64,000 nt of DNA. Origin: a virus. Lineage: Duplodnaviria; Caudoviricetes. Of this stretch, positions 47,844 through 56,127 are shown piece after piece; within the stretch, counting starts at the first letter, position 1, and the number at the start of each line of letters is the position of its first letter. The position numbers were made by a program, and so were the translations under genes. The notes under the pieces were generated by a model that was not told the DNA's origin, ran no database searches, and saw only the letters and a list, made by a program, of their open reading frames with translations. The stretch lies in the IMG/VR virus record IMGVR_UViG_3300006169_000009, positions 42,056 through 106,055 of that record. One strand, written 5' to 3'.

Positions 47844-49308
47844 CGACTACATGCCCTTCTACGATGTCCTCGGCCATGGGGTCGGCCTCTACTGGTCCCG
47901 GCAGGGCCTGGGCTCGCTCGGAGGCTCCGGCACCGAACATGCGCGAGAGCATGCCGGGCTCACCTCCTCCGCCTGCAGGGCCACTGCCACGCCCTGTGAT
48001 CGAGATCGACCATCCCTCCTGCTCCATCTCGTGCTTGGCCTTCATCATCTTGTTCAGCCGGTCGATCTCGGTGGAGAGGTTCGGGTCGGCGTATCCGCCC
48101 TCCAGTTCTTCCGCAAACCGCATGAAGTAGACACGCTGGGTCTGCATCTCGATGAGCCCGTTGTGCATGTCGATGAAGTCCTGCTTGGTCCGAAGCGTGA
48201 CCGGGATGTTGTACGCACAGTTAGCATCTTCCTGGAACTCGGGGCACTTCGAGGACAGGAAGCAGGAGTTGCACATGCGCTGGGAGTCGCTGCGGATGTT
48301 GACCTTGTTGGTCTCGACAGTCTCTCCGTCGACCTCTTCCTCTGTCCTGGTGACCCCCAGGATCGGCAGCGTCTTGCTCGGCTCACGGGTATTTCGAGTT
48401 GCCAGGCTCTTCCGCGTTTCGTCCGAAGGGTTATCAACTGCCTCCCCCTCGGATTCCGCGTTCTCCGCTGTCAGCGAAACCTGGGGGTTAGCAACTCGAC
48501 CCTGTCGCTTTTCGATGTCTTCGACCAACTTGCCCCAACTCCACGCTGAGAGCCTCAGCACCTCGGTCGGGTCGTCGTTCTCGATCTTGACGTGGTCGAA
48601 CCCGTTGCGCTCGAACAGCGTGCGGTGCTGCTTACGGGCACGCTCCTTGTAGTCCTTGGGGTAGCGCTTCAACTCCCGGCCAGTCCAGATGATGGTGTCC
48701 CCATATCGCTGCGGAGAAAGCCACGAGGTGCTGCTCACGGAGTTCCACTTGATGGCCGACATCTCATCGACCTTAGTCATCGCTACGCCGTGCAGATGAC
48801 AATCGAGCGAATTGAGATGGGGTGCCAGATTACGCCCTCCGATAGCCGTAGCGAGAACACCGACGTTGAGATACTTCTCGGACAGTTCCCGAAGTGCATC
48901 GAGTCCCCACTCGGGATGCCACAGTGGCATGAACTTGTCTCGTGGCAGGTCATCGTAGAAGTCCTCTCGCTGGTTTTCGATCCACTCCCGGCCCAGGCTG
49001 AGGGCATCGAACTCAGTGACCATCTCGACAGTGTCGATGTTGGCGGCCACAAAGGTCTGGTAGGCGTCCGAGATCGCCAGCAGGTCGGCTTGGCTGTACT
49101 TGTCGTCCTCGTCCTTGTTCACGGTGTAGGCACCAGAGTCGATGAGGATGTTGGTTCCGTCAGGGAACTTCTCAGCGACCTTCCACCCAGCCGTGTTCTT
49201 GACACGCCGCTGCAGCCCGATGAACGACAGCGCCACATTGGTGACATCGATCTCGCGCAGCACCTTGCGATGGCTGGGGACCTCAGCCCCGGCGTAGTAC
49301 AGCCTCAC
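47836..49308 (-). CDS. tRNA-guanine transglycosylase (TGT)-like protein with C-terminal Cys-rich domain
   Basis: ILIDSGAYT, PLWH, HLHGVAMT and SVSSTSW motifs; CNSC....KCP.......C. Confidence 0.6.
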   Translation of the reverse strand: MRLYYAGAEVPSHRKVLREIDVTNVALSFIGLQRRVKNTAGWKVAEKFPDGTNILIDSGAYTVNKDEDDKYSQADLLAISDAYQTFVAANIDTVEMVTEFDALSLGREWIENQREDFYDDLPRDKFMPLWHPEWGLDALRELSEKYLNVGVLATAIGGRNLAPHLNSLDCHLHGVAMTKVDEMSAIKWNSVSSTSWLSPQRYGDTIIWTGRELKRYPKDYKERARKQHRTLFERNGFDHVKIENDDPTEVLRLSAWSWGKLVEDIEKRQGRVANPQVSLTAENAESEGEAVDNPSDETRKSLATRNTREPSKTLPILGVTRTEEEVDGETVETNKVNIRSDSQRMCNSCFLSSKCPEFQEDANCAYNIPVTLRTKQDFIDMHNGLIEMQTQRVYFMRFAEELEGGYADPNLSTEIDRLNKMMKAKHEMEQEGWSISITGRGSGPAGGGGEPGMLSRMFGAGASERAQALPGPVEADPMAEDIVEGHVVGE

Positions 49309-49796
49309 TCTGGCTCCTCGCTCAGGCGGTTGTCCCCGACCCGCAAGGCGGTCTGGTAGTCCACGGTGGCCCGCAACTGGTCCCAGGGCTTGGCTTCTCG
49401 CTCAGCGTCAGGGCGGAAGTCGGGGTGGCTGTACTGAGGGCTCAGGAACAGCAGCACCGGCACGCCCTGGTCCATGAGGTGTGCGGCGATCTCGGGGTCC
49501 GGCTCGACCACGAACTCTACGTTGGCTCCGATGGCTCGTACGCGTGCGATCTGAGCCAGCCTGCGCTCTGCCAGCGTGGCTCCCTCAGTGACCCGCAGTG
49601 GGTAGATGTCGGGGTCGGGGATGAGGTTGTTGGCCTTCAGGAACCACTCGTCGCGCTCCTTGTCTGTGGTACCCAGGATGGCCGTGCGAATGCCTGGGGA
49701 CACTGCGCGGAAGAGGGAGATCCCCTGACGGATGATCGTTTCGGTGTTCGGCTTGCGGATGACCCCGTCGAGCACGAACACACCGGTTGGACTCAT
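49305..49796 (-). CDS. HAD-like protein (degenerate motif I)
   Basis: VFVLDGVIR...EWFL...FVVEPDP; coupled to the TGT-like gene. Confidence 0.45.
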   Translation of the reverse strand: MSPTGVFVLDGVIRKPNTETIIRQGISLFRAVSPGIRTAILGTTDKERDEWFLKANNLIPDPDIYPLRVTEGATLAERRLAQIARVRAIGANVEFVVEPDPEIAAHLMDQGVPVLLFLSPQYSHPDFRPDAEREAKPWDQLRATVDYQTALRVGDNRLSEEPE

Positions 49797-49837
49797 GGCC
49801 CTATCCTAGAGCAGGGGCATGAAAGGTGTCTACGCCC

Positions 49838-50344
49838 ATGTTCGGTGACTTGTTCGGAGGCCTCCCCCTCCACCCGCTCGTTGTCCACGCTGTGGTGATC
49901 TTCCTCATCGCCGCAAGCCTGGGCGTGGTCGTGCTGGCTGTGCGTCCCTCTCTGCGCCATCGCTACGACTTCCTGCTCGGCCTGGTAGCCGTGGCCGGTG
50001 TGCTGTTCACCTGGCTGGCCGTGGAGAGCGGCAACGTGCTGACGCAAGTACCAGGACTGGGGCGTACGGCGCATGCCGAGGGTGGCACGCTGCTGTTCAT
50101 CATCACGATTCCGTGGGCTGTGCTGGTGCTGGCGATGGTCATCCTGGACCACTGGTGGATGGTCGACAAGAACAAGCACGGGACGCTCTACCGTAAGGCT
50201 CACCTGTCCCAGCCGTGGTGGCTCACTGCCATCTGTGTGCTGGCTGTGCTCGCCTCGGTGCTCGTGATGGTGCAGACCGGAATCGTGGGTCACAGCGGAG
50301 CCGTAGCATCGTGGGGAGATGTCAACGTAGCCCCGTACGAGTGA
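49838..50344 (+). CDS. DUF2231-like membrane protein
   Basis: GLPLHPLVVHAVV...H...GHSGAVASW; four TM segments. Confidence 0.8.
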   Translation: MFGDLFGGLPLHPLVVHAVVIFLIAASLGVVVLAVRPSLRHRYDFLLGLVAVAGVLFTWLAVESGNVLTQVPGLGRTAHAEGGTLLFIITIPWAVLVLAMVILDHWWMVDKNKHGTLYRKAHLSQPWWLTAICVLAVLASVLVMVQTGIVGHSGAVASWGDVNVAPYE

Positions 50345-50378
50345 TCATCAGTACCTCAACCCCACCCGAGGTTGCGGT

Positions 50379-50723
50379 TCACTCGTTTCCCCACCAGTTC
50401 ACGTCGAAGTGTGTGTCTCCTCGCTGCTTGGCCGCTGCCAGCCGGTGATGTCCCTCACCGATGTAGACCTTGCCTTCGTGTTCTACCAACTCAGGCCGCT
50501 CATCACCGTACATCGGCACACCCCCAGGAGCCTTGTAGCCTCCCGAAGCGTAGTCGTCCACCCGGTTCTTGAAGATGTTGCCTTGGCCGGTGTGCAGTTC
50601 AATGTCAGCAGAGACACTGCGCCGGGTTGGGGTGCCTCGGCGTGCGGCGTTGGCCTGTGAGTGTGCCTCGCTGGTAGTCAACTTCCAGCCGAACTGCAGC
50701 GGGCTCAGCAGGTTGCGGTTCAC
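50379..50723 (-). CDS. ParB/Srx-like domain protein
   Basis: PELVEHEGKVYIGEGHHRLAAA; N-terminus MNRNLLSPLQF. Confidence 0.7.
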   Translation of the reverse strand: MNRNLLSPLQFGWKLTTSEAHSQANAARRGTPTRRSVSADIELHTGQGNIFKNRVDDYASGGYKAPGGVPMYGDERPELVEHEGKVYIGEGHHRLAAAKQRGDTHFDVNWWGNE

Positions 50724-50733
50724 GCCCCTCGCC

Positions 50734-51276
50734 TCATGGCAGTTGGATGTGGTCACCGATATGGATCGTGTACGGCGGGTGCAAGCCGTTGATGCGGGCC
50801 AGGTTCTCCCAGGTCGTGTCGTTGAGCGCCGCGATCTTGCTCAGCGTGTCCCCCGAGACCACGACATGGGTCTTCGGAGGCGGAGGGAACAGTTCAGGCA
50901 GGTACGCCTTGAACGCCCCGTTGTTGAACGTCGACCAGGCGGTGAAGCCGTTGCCGAAGACCTCCTGGCGGTGCAGGAAGATCTCTCGGGCCGACTTGGC
51001 GGCGAAGTCGGGGTCGAGCAATCGGAAGGCGTCTCGGGTCTGACCGGTTCGGAAGTGCTCACGCAGCGAGCGGATCTGCCAGAAGCCGTAGGAGTAGCCC
51101 CACTTGTCGTTGGCCAGCGCCTGGTCGCCCACCATGTCGGCGTCTGCGAAGGTCTGGCCGTCCACCTCCACGGGGGCCTCGCAGAGCGCGAGCGCGCCCA
51201 TGATCTTGGCCTGGCGGGGTCCGAAACCGTTGACCCTGGCCAGCCGCTGTACCTGGAACTGGGTAAAGAGGTTCAT
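50734..51276 (-). CDS. Lysozyme-like domain plus LysM protein
   Basis: ALALCE...SYGFWQIR...FTAWST; LysM HVVVSGDTLSKIA...LARINGL. Confidence 0.8.
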   Translation of the reverse strand: MNLFTQFQVQRLARVNGFGPRQAKIMGALALCEAPVEVDGQTFADADMVGDQALANDKWGYSYGFWQIRSLREHFRTGQTRDAFRLLDPDFAAKSAREIFLHRQEVFGNGFTAWSTFNNGAFKAYLPELFPPPPKTHVVVSGDTLSKIAALNDTTWENLARINGLHPPYTIHIGDHIQLP

Positions 51277-51307
51277 GTGCCCAGTGTAGTGGCCCTGACA
51301 CCAAGAA

Positions 51308-51340
51308 GCCCCAGCCCCGGGAACTGGAGGCTGGGACTGC
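51308..51340. terminator. Intergenic hairpin
   Basis: cccagcc-N12-ggctggg. Confidence 0.45.
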
Positions 51341-51426
51341 TCGGAGATGGCGGATCACCCCCTCAGGTCAGGCTCGGAGCGGATATCTCGAATCCCCATC
51401 TTCACCTCCCCTGCGGGCGTGTGTCT

Positions 51427-52089
51427 CTAGGTTATCCTCCCGAAGCGGTTCTTCATGTGCTCCATGCCAGGCAGCATCGGGTCCTTGGTGCGCAAGGCTG
51501 CCAGCGGAGCACCTACCGCGTCTCCGCGCTCCATGGATCTAGCGAGATCCTCCTTGGCGGCCTGCCTGCGCATCTGCCCGTTCCAGTGGTCACCCTCGTG
51601 TGAGTACTTGTGCCCGAACTGCACGCTCAGGTTGGTCGGGTGGTTGGCGTCCTCGTTCTCCCGGAACAACCCTGTGTGCTGGACGTGGTTGTTCCAGTTG
51701 ACCTCGGGGAAGGTCCCCTGCCTTCCCGGCATGATGTCGTGGCGCTGGGCTACGTCGAAGTGAGGGGCCTTGACCTCGCCGGGGATGGACTTGTCGTGTC
51801 CCGGTGACTGCGCCTCGTTCTGGTGTACGGCGTACACACGGGCTCGCGGGTTCCAGTCGTGCTCGTTGGAGGTGTGAACCACTCTGTCGTGTGCGAAGTT
51901 CCATGCCCGCTCCTCGTCAGGCACTGCCCAGGCGTGCTTGTTCGCGGCCTCCCCACGACTCTGACCAGTGCTTCCCCAGTACGATCCCTTGCCGTGCTCC
52001 GAGGCAGGCAGCACCTTTCCTCCCTCCACATCCATGGCGGTGCCGTGGTAGAGGAACTGCTGGGAGTTCAGGTGGTCACTAGCGCTCAT
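51427..52089 (-). CDS. Arr-like ADP-ribosyltransferase-fold protein
   Basis: LYHGT...GGKVLPA...AWNFA...RARVYAV; N-terminus MSASDHLNSQQF. Confidence 0.6.
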   Translation of the reverse strand: MSASDHLNSQQFLYHGTAMDVEGGKVLPASEHGKGSYWGSTGQSRGEAANKHAWAVPDEERAWNFAHDRVVHTSNEHDWNPRARVYAVHQNEAQSPGHDKSIPGEVKAPHFDVAQRHDIMPGRQGTFPEVNWNNHVQHTGLFRENEDANHPTNLSVQFGHKYSHEGDHWNGQMRRQAAKEDLARSMERGDAVGAPLAALRTKDPMLPGMEHMKNRFGRIT

Positions 52090-52507
52090 GTCCCCAGCCT
52101 CCTTCCACCACGTTGGCCTGGAACTGACGGCCCTGCAGCATCGCCGCAGCAGCGCGATGATGGCCGCTTAGAAGCAGGTTTGTTCCATCATCCCTACGGT
52201 AAACCACAGGATGTTCGTTACCTGCGAGATGTTGGTCGGCATAGACCTTGCCCGGGTTCTCCATGTAGTGCTTGACCCCGGCTCGGGTGATCTGGCCCTG
52301 GGTGGCCTTCAGGTCCCGAGGATCCACGTCCTGCATGGATGGGCTCTTGATCGCGTCCAGCACCTTCTGCTTCTCGTAGTCGTGGCGCTTGGTGCTGCGC
52401 GTGGCCTGTCCCCAGGGGGTGCTCGTGGTTGGTGCCTCGTCCGGGAAGAGGATGTTGAGGTCGTGCTTCCCGTGCAGGTACTTGAACTGCGGGCCGAACC
52501 TATCCAT
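52079..52507 (-). CDS. ParB/Srx-like domain protein
   Basis: VDPRDLKATQ...PVVYR...LLSGHHRAAA; N-terminus MDRFGPQF. Confidence 0.7.
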   Translation of the reverse strand: MDRFGPQFKYLHGKHDLNILFPDEAPTTSTPWGQATRSTKRHDYEKQKVLDAIKSPSMQDVDPRDLKATQGQITRAGVKHYMENPGKVYADQHLAGNEHPVVYRRDDGTNLLLSGHHRAAAAMLQGRQFQANVVEGGWGHER

Positions 52508-52806
52508 CAGTCCTCCCGCAGATCGAACACAGGCTGCTGACCCTCGTGGACGGCGACGATGTTCTCTGGGGGAACGTGACCCATAACAAAGATCCCCTTG
52601 CCGGGGTGATTTCCGTGGACCTGATGCTGGATGTGCTCCTGGCCGACCTTCATCTCCAGCACGTGTGAACCGAAGCCCTCGGCGTCTTGGAAGCGCGAAG
52701 ATGTCATCCCTCGGGTGAGACCCTTCTCCTGGATCCCCGCGAGGTTTCGCTTCTGGGTGCCGTGGTACAGCGTGAACTGCGGTCCCAGGTGCTCAGTAGC
52801 GCTCAC
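52507..52806 (-). CDS. Minimal ART-fold (HGT-type) protein
   Basis: LYHGTQKRNLAGIQEKGL...VLEMKV...HVPPENI; N-terminus MSATEHLGPQF. Confidence 0.6.
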   Translation of the reverse strand: MSATEHLGPQFTLYHGTQKRNLAGIQEKGLTRGMTSSRFQDAEGFGSHVLEMKVGQEHIQHQVHGNHPGKGIFVMGHVPPENIVAVHEGQQPVFDLRED

Positions 52807-53192
52807 GTCATCCTCCTGATCTCCTTATGCGCCCGCAGGGTGGCGTCAGCATTCTCCTGGTACCGAACCGGAACCGGATCGATACCCAGTTCATGAGCCA
52901 CAATGGCACGGTGATGGCCGTCTTCAATGTAGAAGTGCGATCCTCTCTTACTCAGAAGCACTGACCCAGGAAACCCTTCAGACTTGACCTTGTTCTTCAA
53001 GTTGTCCAAGTACTGCGAGGCTCCTCCCGCATCACGATGTCGCTGATCGAACCCCGCTTCTCCCGACACCAATGACTTACGCAACCTTGGAACGCTGGCC
53101 TCATGCTCTCCACCACTGTGAAGACGCCGAAACTGTTCAAGAGGCATGCTCTCGTGCTTCCACTGTGCTCCCAGGTGCTCAGGTGCGCTCAC
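52803..53192 (-). CDS. ParB/Srx-like domain protein
   Basis: YIEDGHHRAIVAHELGIDPVPVR; N-terminus MSAPEHLGAQW. Confidence 0.7.
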   Translation of the reverse strand: MSAPEHLGAQWKHESMPLEQFRRLHSGGEHEASVPRLRKSLVSGEAGFDQRHRDAGGASQYLDNLKNKVKSEGFPGSVLLSKRGSHFYIEDGHHRAIVAHELGIDPVPVRYQENADATLRAHKEIRRMT

Positions 53193-53329
53193 GTCGACTC
53201 CTGATCTCCTCTAGCCCCGGTCGATACAAGGGCATCTTTACCTCAGGATGCGGCTCGGCCTCTTCTTCGTCAAGACGAGCAGCAGTTCCCATCATGTTCG
53301 TGCGTACGTCCCAGTGCGGACGACCAATC

Positions 53330-54346
53330 TCAGTAGCCATACGGGCCTCCACGATGGACCAGGGCGGCCTGTCTCAGGGCCTCCGGGGCTCCCAGCAGGG
53401 GATGACCGTACAAGGCCGTCTCCGCCTGCTCACGGGCCGCTCCCTTGGCCTTGGCGATGCCTGCCAGGGCCTGGATAGTGCCGAAGCGCTTGTGCGCCTG
53501 CCACCTAAAGTTGTAGAAATCGCCATAACCCTGCCCAGAGGGTGCGAAGGCCTGCTTGCGGCCCAGGTGAATGTCATCGAACATGGTCTTGGCCTGGGTC
53601 GACAGCGCGTTGACCTTCGTCACAGCATTCAGCCAGCCCGGCGTACCCTCATTCGCCACGGAAAGGGCGTTGGCCGCAGAGTTGTATTCGTCCAAGATTC
53701 GCTGCGCACTCTGGCGCTCATTCGCCACGTAATCCCAGTACTCAGCCGGGTGAGATTCCTCTGGGTTCTCCCCGAGGATTGGTGGCCGAACCGTCCAGCC
53801 GTCGTGGGTGAGATCGTAGGCGGCGTAGGGCTTGATGTCGCGGATGTCGGTGCTGTGGGGGTTGACGTAGAACGTCACCTCGAAGGCTCCCGGCACCGGC
53901 TCAGCGTTGCTGGGGAACTTCACCGCTGCGGTCTGGGGCCACAGTTCGTCCTTGAACGCCCGGTTGAAGATGTCGGCCATGTCCTCCTCGCCCATGCCGA
54001 CGTAGTCCTGGTTGTACTTGAAGAACTTCGGGAAGTCGACCCCGATCAACACGTCCAGGTCGCCGTTGGACCGGTTGGCCGCCCACTGGTAGGAGATGCC
54101 AGAGCCCGCTACCCAGGCGGTAGACCACTTGCGTGGCTGATTGTAATGAGCACTCCAGTAACCATAAAGCGTGCTAAGGATCCACGTACGAACCGTTGGG
54201 CTGAACGAGGTGCCCTCGGTGAACAGGCGAGGGTCCAGGTGGCTCTCGGGATGGCTGAAGTAGCCGGAGCCGCCCTCCTGGGCTTCTACCGGCCCCAAAA
54301 CCTTCGCCGCCTGGTGCAGGAAGTAGTTGTAGCCCTCGGTCGCCAT
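53330..54346 (-). CDS. Pol-beta superfamily nucleotidyltransferase
   Basis: AGSGISYQW...GDLDVLIG (GS + DxD) and EVTFYVN; start re-assigned to MATEG. Confidence 0.75.
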   Translation of the reverse strand: MATEGYNYFLHQAAKVLGPVEAQEGGSGYFSHPESHLDPRLFTEGTSFSPTVRTWILSTLYGYWSAHYNQPRKWSTAWVAGSGISYQWAANRSNGDLDVLIGVDFPKFFKYNQDYVGMGEEDMADIFNRAFKDELWPQTAAVKFPSNAEPVPGAFEVTFYVNPHSTDIRDIKPYAAYDLTHDGWTVRPPILGENPEESHPAEYWDYVANERQSAQRILDEYNSAANALSVANEGTPGWLNAVTKVNALSTQAKTMFDDIHLGRKQAFAPSGQGYGDFYNFRWQAHKRFGTIQALAGIAKAKGAAREQAETALYGHPLLGAPEALRQAALVHRGGPYGY

Positions 54347-54511
54347 GTACTCAGGGTACCGGCTAGCGCCCTTGCTCCTCTGCCAGGTCCAGTCGACGGC
54401 GTACCTCAGCAGCCGCCTCGACGGCCTCCAGCGAGTCCGCGATGCGCTCCAAGGCATCCGCGATCCTGGCGGTGTCCTTCTGCCAGGGGGTGAGGTCAGG
54501 CAGGCCCAGAT

Positions 54512-54931
54512 TCATCGCTGCGGGCCACGGAGATCTCCCAGCGAGGCCATGTCCTGGGCGTACTGCTGTTGCTGCCGGATCTGGGAAGCGATTGCCATCT
54601 GCGCGTTAATGTTCTCCTGGGCTGTGGCCTGAGCCTGGAAGTCCCGGAGAAGCACCGCCAGCGCGCCGTAGACTTCATCCGCACTCGGGATGTTCTCCCG
54701 GACGTACTGGACTCCGAGATCCGGGGTCACCTGTACGGTGCCGTCGTTCTGGACGAAGACAGTGAAGGCAGTGCGTACGGCGAGGCCCTCGGGCGTGTCG
54801 TGCTCAGGCGTCTCTTCGGCCTGAGCGTCGATCTGAGCCCGCTCCTCGTCGGTCAGGCTGTCGTAGTCGAGTTGCTCGGGCTGTCCGTTCTGGACCGCAC
54901 GCAACTTGGAGAGATCAGGAATGTCGGGCAT
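54512..54931 (-). CDS. Hypothetical protein
   Basis: AAAGG RBS; acidic. Confidence 0.6.
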   Translation of the reverse strand: MPDIPDLSKLRAVQNGQPEQLDYDSLTDEERAQIDAQAEETPEHDTPEGLAVRTAFTVFVQNDGTVQVTPDLGVQYVRENIPSADEVYGALAVLLRDFQAQATAQENINAQMAIASQIRQQQQYAQDMASLGDLRGPQR

Positions 54932-55439
54932 CGAGGGCCTTTCGGTTCTGGGCCTCTTGGACGAGGCTGTGGACGGGGCAGAACTCACAGAGCCAGCGCT
55001 TGGGACCAGACTGGCCGGGCACGAACTTGCTCATGCCCTCCTCCTTGCGCTCGCCCTTGGTGTCGGGGGTGAGCAACTTGGAGTCGCTCTTGTAGTCGGG
55101 GCAGGCACGGTTCTTGTTGTGCCGCTTCCAGCACGCGAAGGCGTCTGCCACGAGGTTGTTCTTGGTGTCGTAGAAGGTGTGGCCCAGCCCCGTCTCGCCG
55201 CCTCCCAGACGCTGTGCGATCTGCTCGCTGATCTGCTGGGAAGCCGATGGGTCCTGCCAGTGTCGCTTGTCGACCTTGAACAACTGGCCGATGTGAGCAG
55301 GAGCGTGCGGAGGCTGGTGACGCTCCGCCAGGACGTACGACAATATGGTGTCGTACTCCGGGGGTCCGTTGAAGTCCGGCAACTCCTCGATGGTGCGACA
55401 GTCCTTGCACGCGAGGAGGCGGATCTGCTCATCAGGCAT
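54915..55439 (-). CDS. Conserved Cys-rich phage protein
   Basis: IRLLACKDC...CW..HN....C.DY...LCEFCPV; TAGGCT -10 upstream. Confidence 0.7.
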   Translation of the reverse strand: MPDEQIRLLACKDCRTIEELPDFNGPPEYDTILSYVLAERHQPPHAPAHIGQLFKVDKRHWQDPSASQQISEQIAQRLGGGETGLGHTFYDTKNNLVADAFACWKRHNKNRACPDYKSDSKLLTPDTKGERKEEGMSKFVPGQSGPKRWLCEFCPVHSLVQEAQNRKALDARHS

Positions 55440-55480
55440 GTGTGCGAGCCTACACCATCAAGGGGTTGCTACGCCAGCCC

Positions 55481-55975
55481 TCAGTTCCACGACATGATCT
55501 TGCGCCCGCGCTTGGTACGACGTAGTCGCTTCGCCAGACGGTTCGCCTTCGCACGGGTTCCCCTGTACCAGAAGTGCATGTCGTCAGGGCTGTTCCAGTT
55601 CCCGCCCCAGCCGATCTGGCCTCGGTAGCGGAAACGCAACTTGGCCCGGATCTTGGCTACCTGCCAGAGGTAGAAGGTCCGGCGTACACCCATCGGGTGC
55701 TGGGTGGAGTTGAGGTCTACGGCGATGGCTCGGGCATGGTCGCTGATCTTGCTGCTCGGTCCACGGATGCTGCGGATCGCCCAGCCCCACTCATCGAAGA
55801 CACCGCTGTTGAGGCGCTCGATGGTCTGGTGGAAGTTGAGGATCCAGTGCGCCATGATGAATCCGACGTCACCGTTTCGCATGACGACGTTACGGTCGGC
55901 CCCATTCTCGAACTTGAACCGCCAGTTCTTGGTGTACCGGCTGGAGTAGATTACCGACCAGTCGCGCGCCGCCAT
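55481..55975 (-). CDS. M15-family Zn peptidase (endolysin-like)
   Basis: R.IRG....SDHARAIAVDLN...WGGNW...DDMHF. Confidence 0.85.
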   Translation of the reverse strand: MAARDWSVIYSSRYTKNWRFKFENGADRNVVMRNGDVGFIMAHWILNFHQTIERLNSGVFDEWGWAIRSIRGPSSKISDHARAIAVDLNSTQHPMGVRRTFYLWQVAKIRAKLRFRYRGQIGWGGNWNSPDDMHFWYRGTRAKANRLAKRLRRTKRGRKIMSWN

Positions 55976-56127
55976 CGGTCAGCCTGTCTCCACCGTGGTG
56001 CGCACGTTGGTCACAGACTGACGTCGAGACTCCGGCACCAGCACGTTGAGCACGGCATTGGCCACGCGTGCGCCGGGTACGTCGTTGAGTTCGCCCTTGA
56101 CCTCGAACTCCACGGTCACGGTGTGCT

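Noticed and set aside
50379-53192. ParABS partitioning system
   Set aside because: The ParB-like proteins lack HTH and dimerisation domains, and no ParA is present in the window
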